Origin: Thermoanaerobaculia bacterium
Lineage (GTDB): Bacteria; Acidobacteriota; Thermoanaerobaculia; Gp7-AA8
Direction: 5' to 3'
Assembly (NCBI GenBank): GCA_035544735.1
Contig: DATKCD010000093.1
Location: 86 to 64,085 of the forward strand
Length of the DNA stretch: 64,000 bases
The position numbers were made by a program, and so were the translations under genes. This document shows positions 63,574 through 64,000 of the stretch, in pieces. The notes under the pieces are model-generated. The model was not told where the DNA came from, made no database searches, and saw nothing but the letters and a program-made list of their open reading frames with translations. Each line of letters opens with the position of its first letter. The first letter of the stretch is position 1.

Positions 63574-64000
63574 ATGATGACCCTGGCAGTCATGGAAGCG
63601 ACGATTTCAGCCGATCCCGTCGGCGCCGCGAACGATCGCGGTCGGGCGCTGGTCGAGGCGGCGCGGCGCGGCGACCGGGCGGCGTTCGGCCGGCTCTACG
63701 AGCAGTTCGCGCCGCTGGTCCACGGCATCCTGATCGCCCACGTCCCGGGCGCCGCGGTCGACGACCTGGTCCAGGATGCGTTCGTCACGGCGATGAGGCG
63801 GCTCGGGACGCTCCGCGACGCCGGGGCATTCGGGCCGTGGATCGCGCGGATCGCCCGGAATCTCGCGAGGGACCACTACCGGACGGCCTCTCGCCGGCCG
63901 CGCGCCGCCGCCGAGCCGGTGGAGCTCGACCGGCTCGAATCGCCGCGCTCCTCCCCCGAAGCGGAGGGGCTCGCGATCCTCGCCGTTCTGTCGCGCCTTC
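63574..64000 (+). CDS. ECF-type RNA polymerase sigma factor (partial, continues beyond window end)
   Basis: Own translation: MMTLAVMEATISADP...RGDRAAFGRLYEQFAPLVHGILIAHVPGAAVDDLVQDAFVTAMRRLGTLRDAGAFGPWIARIARNLARDHYR (sigma-70 region 2). Confidence 0.85.
   Translation, partial: MMTLAVMEATISADPVGAANDRGRALVEAARRGDRAAFGRLYEQFAPLVHGILIAHVPGAAVDDLVQDAFVTAMRRLGTLRDAGAFGPWIARIARNLARDHYRTASRRPRAAAEPVELDRLESPRSSPEAEGLAILAVLSRL

Overview
High-GC (roughly 70% by eye) chromosomal segment from a diderm bacterium. I saw no rRNA, CRISPR, transposase, integrase or phage genes. About 60 protein genes and one tRNA-Ala(GGC) can be supported.

Most content is core metabolism and envelope: LTA4H-like M1 aminopeptidase, FadJ-type beta-oxidation enzyme, CspA, TolB-propeller/amidohydrolase fusion, SLC13 symporter, RND efflux pair, crotonase, IleRS, PHP and metallophosphoesterases, QueG, ApbC/Mrp, LOG, CCA-type nucleotidyltransferase, RsmD, PhoH-YbeY, methylmalonyl-CoA-mutase-type large subunit, CarA, LolC/E-type permease, AcpP-FabF, PBP1A, PgeF, TonB and a partial ECF sigma factor.

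Regulatory and polarity genes are prominent:
- a GAF/AAA+ sigma54-type activator with a degenerate GAFTGA loop, next to a sigma-less partner-switching operon (small membrane ORF, RsbW-like kinase, STAS, GAF-PP2C)
- an MglA-type GTPase with a ~220-aa C-terminal extension and no adjacent MglB
- a GAF-GGDEF cyclase
- three DUF4388 (PATAN-type) proteins

The gene mix is reminiscent of Acidobacteriota/Myxococcota-like lineages, but taxonomy cannot be fixed from this window.

The most unusual signals are non-coding:
- two 320-380 bp AT-rich elements built from inverted arrays of the heptamer TGATTGA (about 20.35 kb and 38.8 kb)
- a 9-bp tandem repeat family (GACGCTCCA) that forms an inverted pair around the pgeF ribosome-binding site and appears to be translated in frame as (TPK)n(TLQ)n
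- a tandemly duplicated composite REP-like element upstream of ileS
- a 186-bp palindrome with perfect 31-bp ends between convergent genes

I found no clear novel multi-gene system such as a defence island. Many long ORFs in the supplied track are antisense or alternate-frame artefacts of high GC content and were not called.
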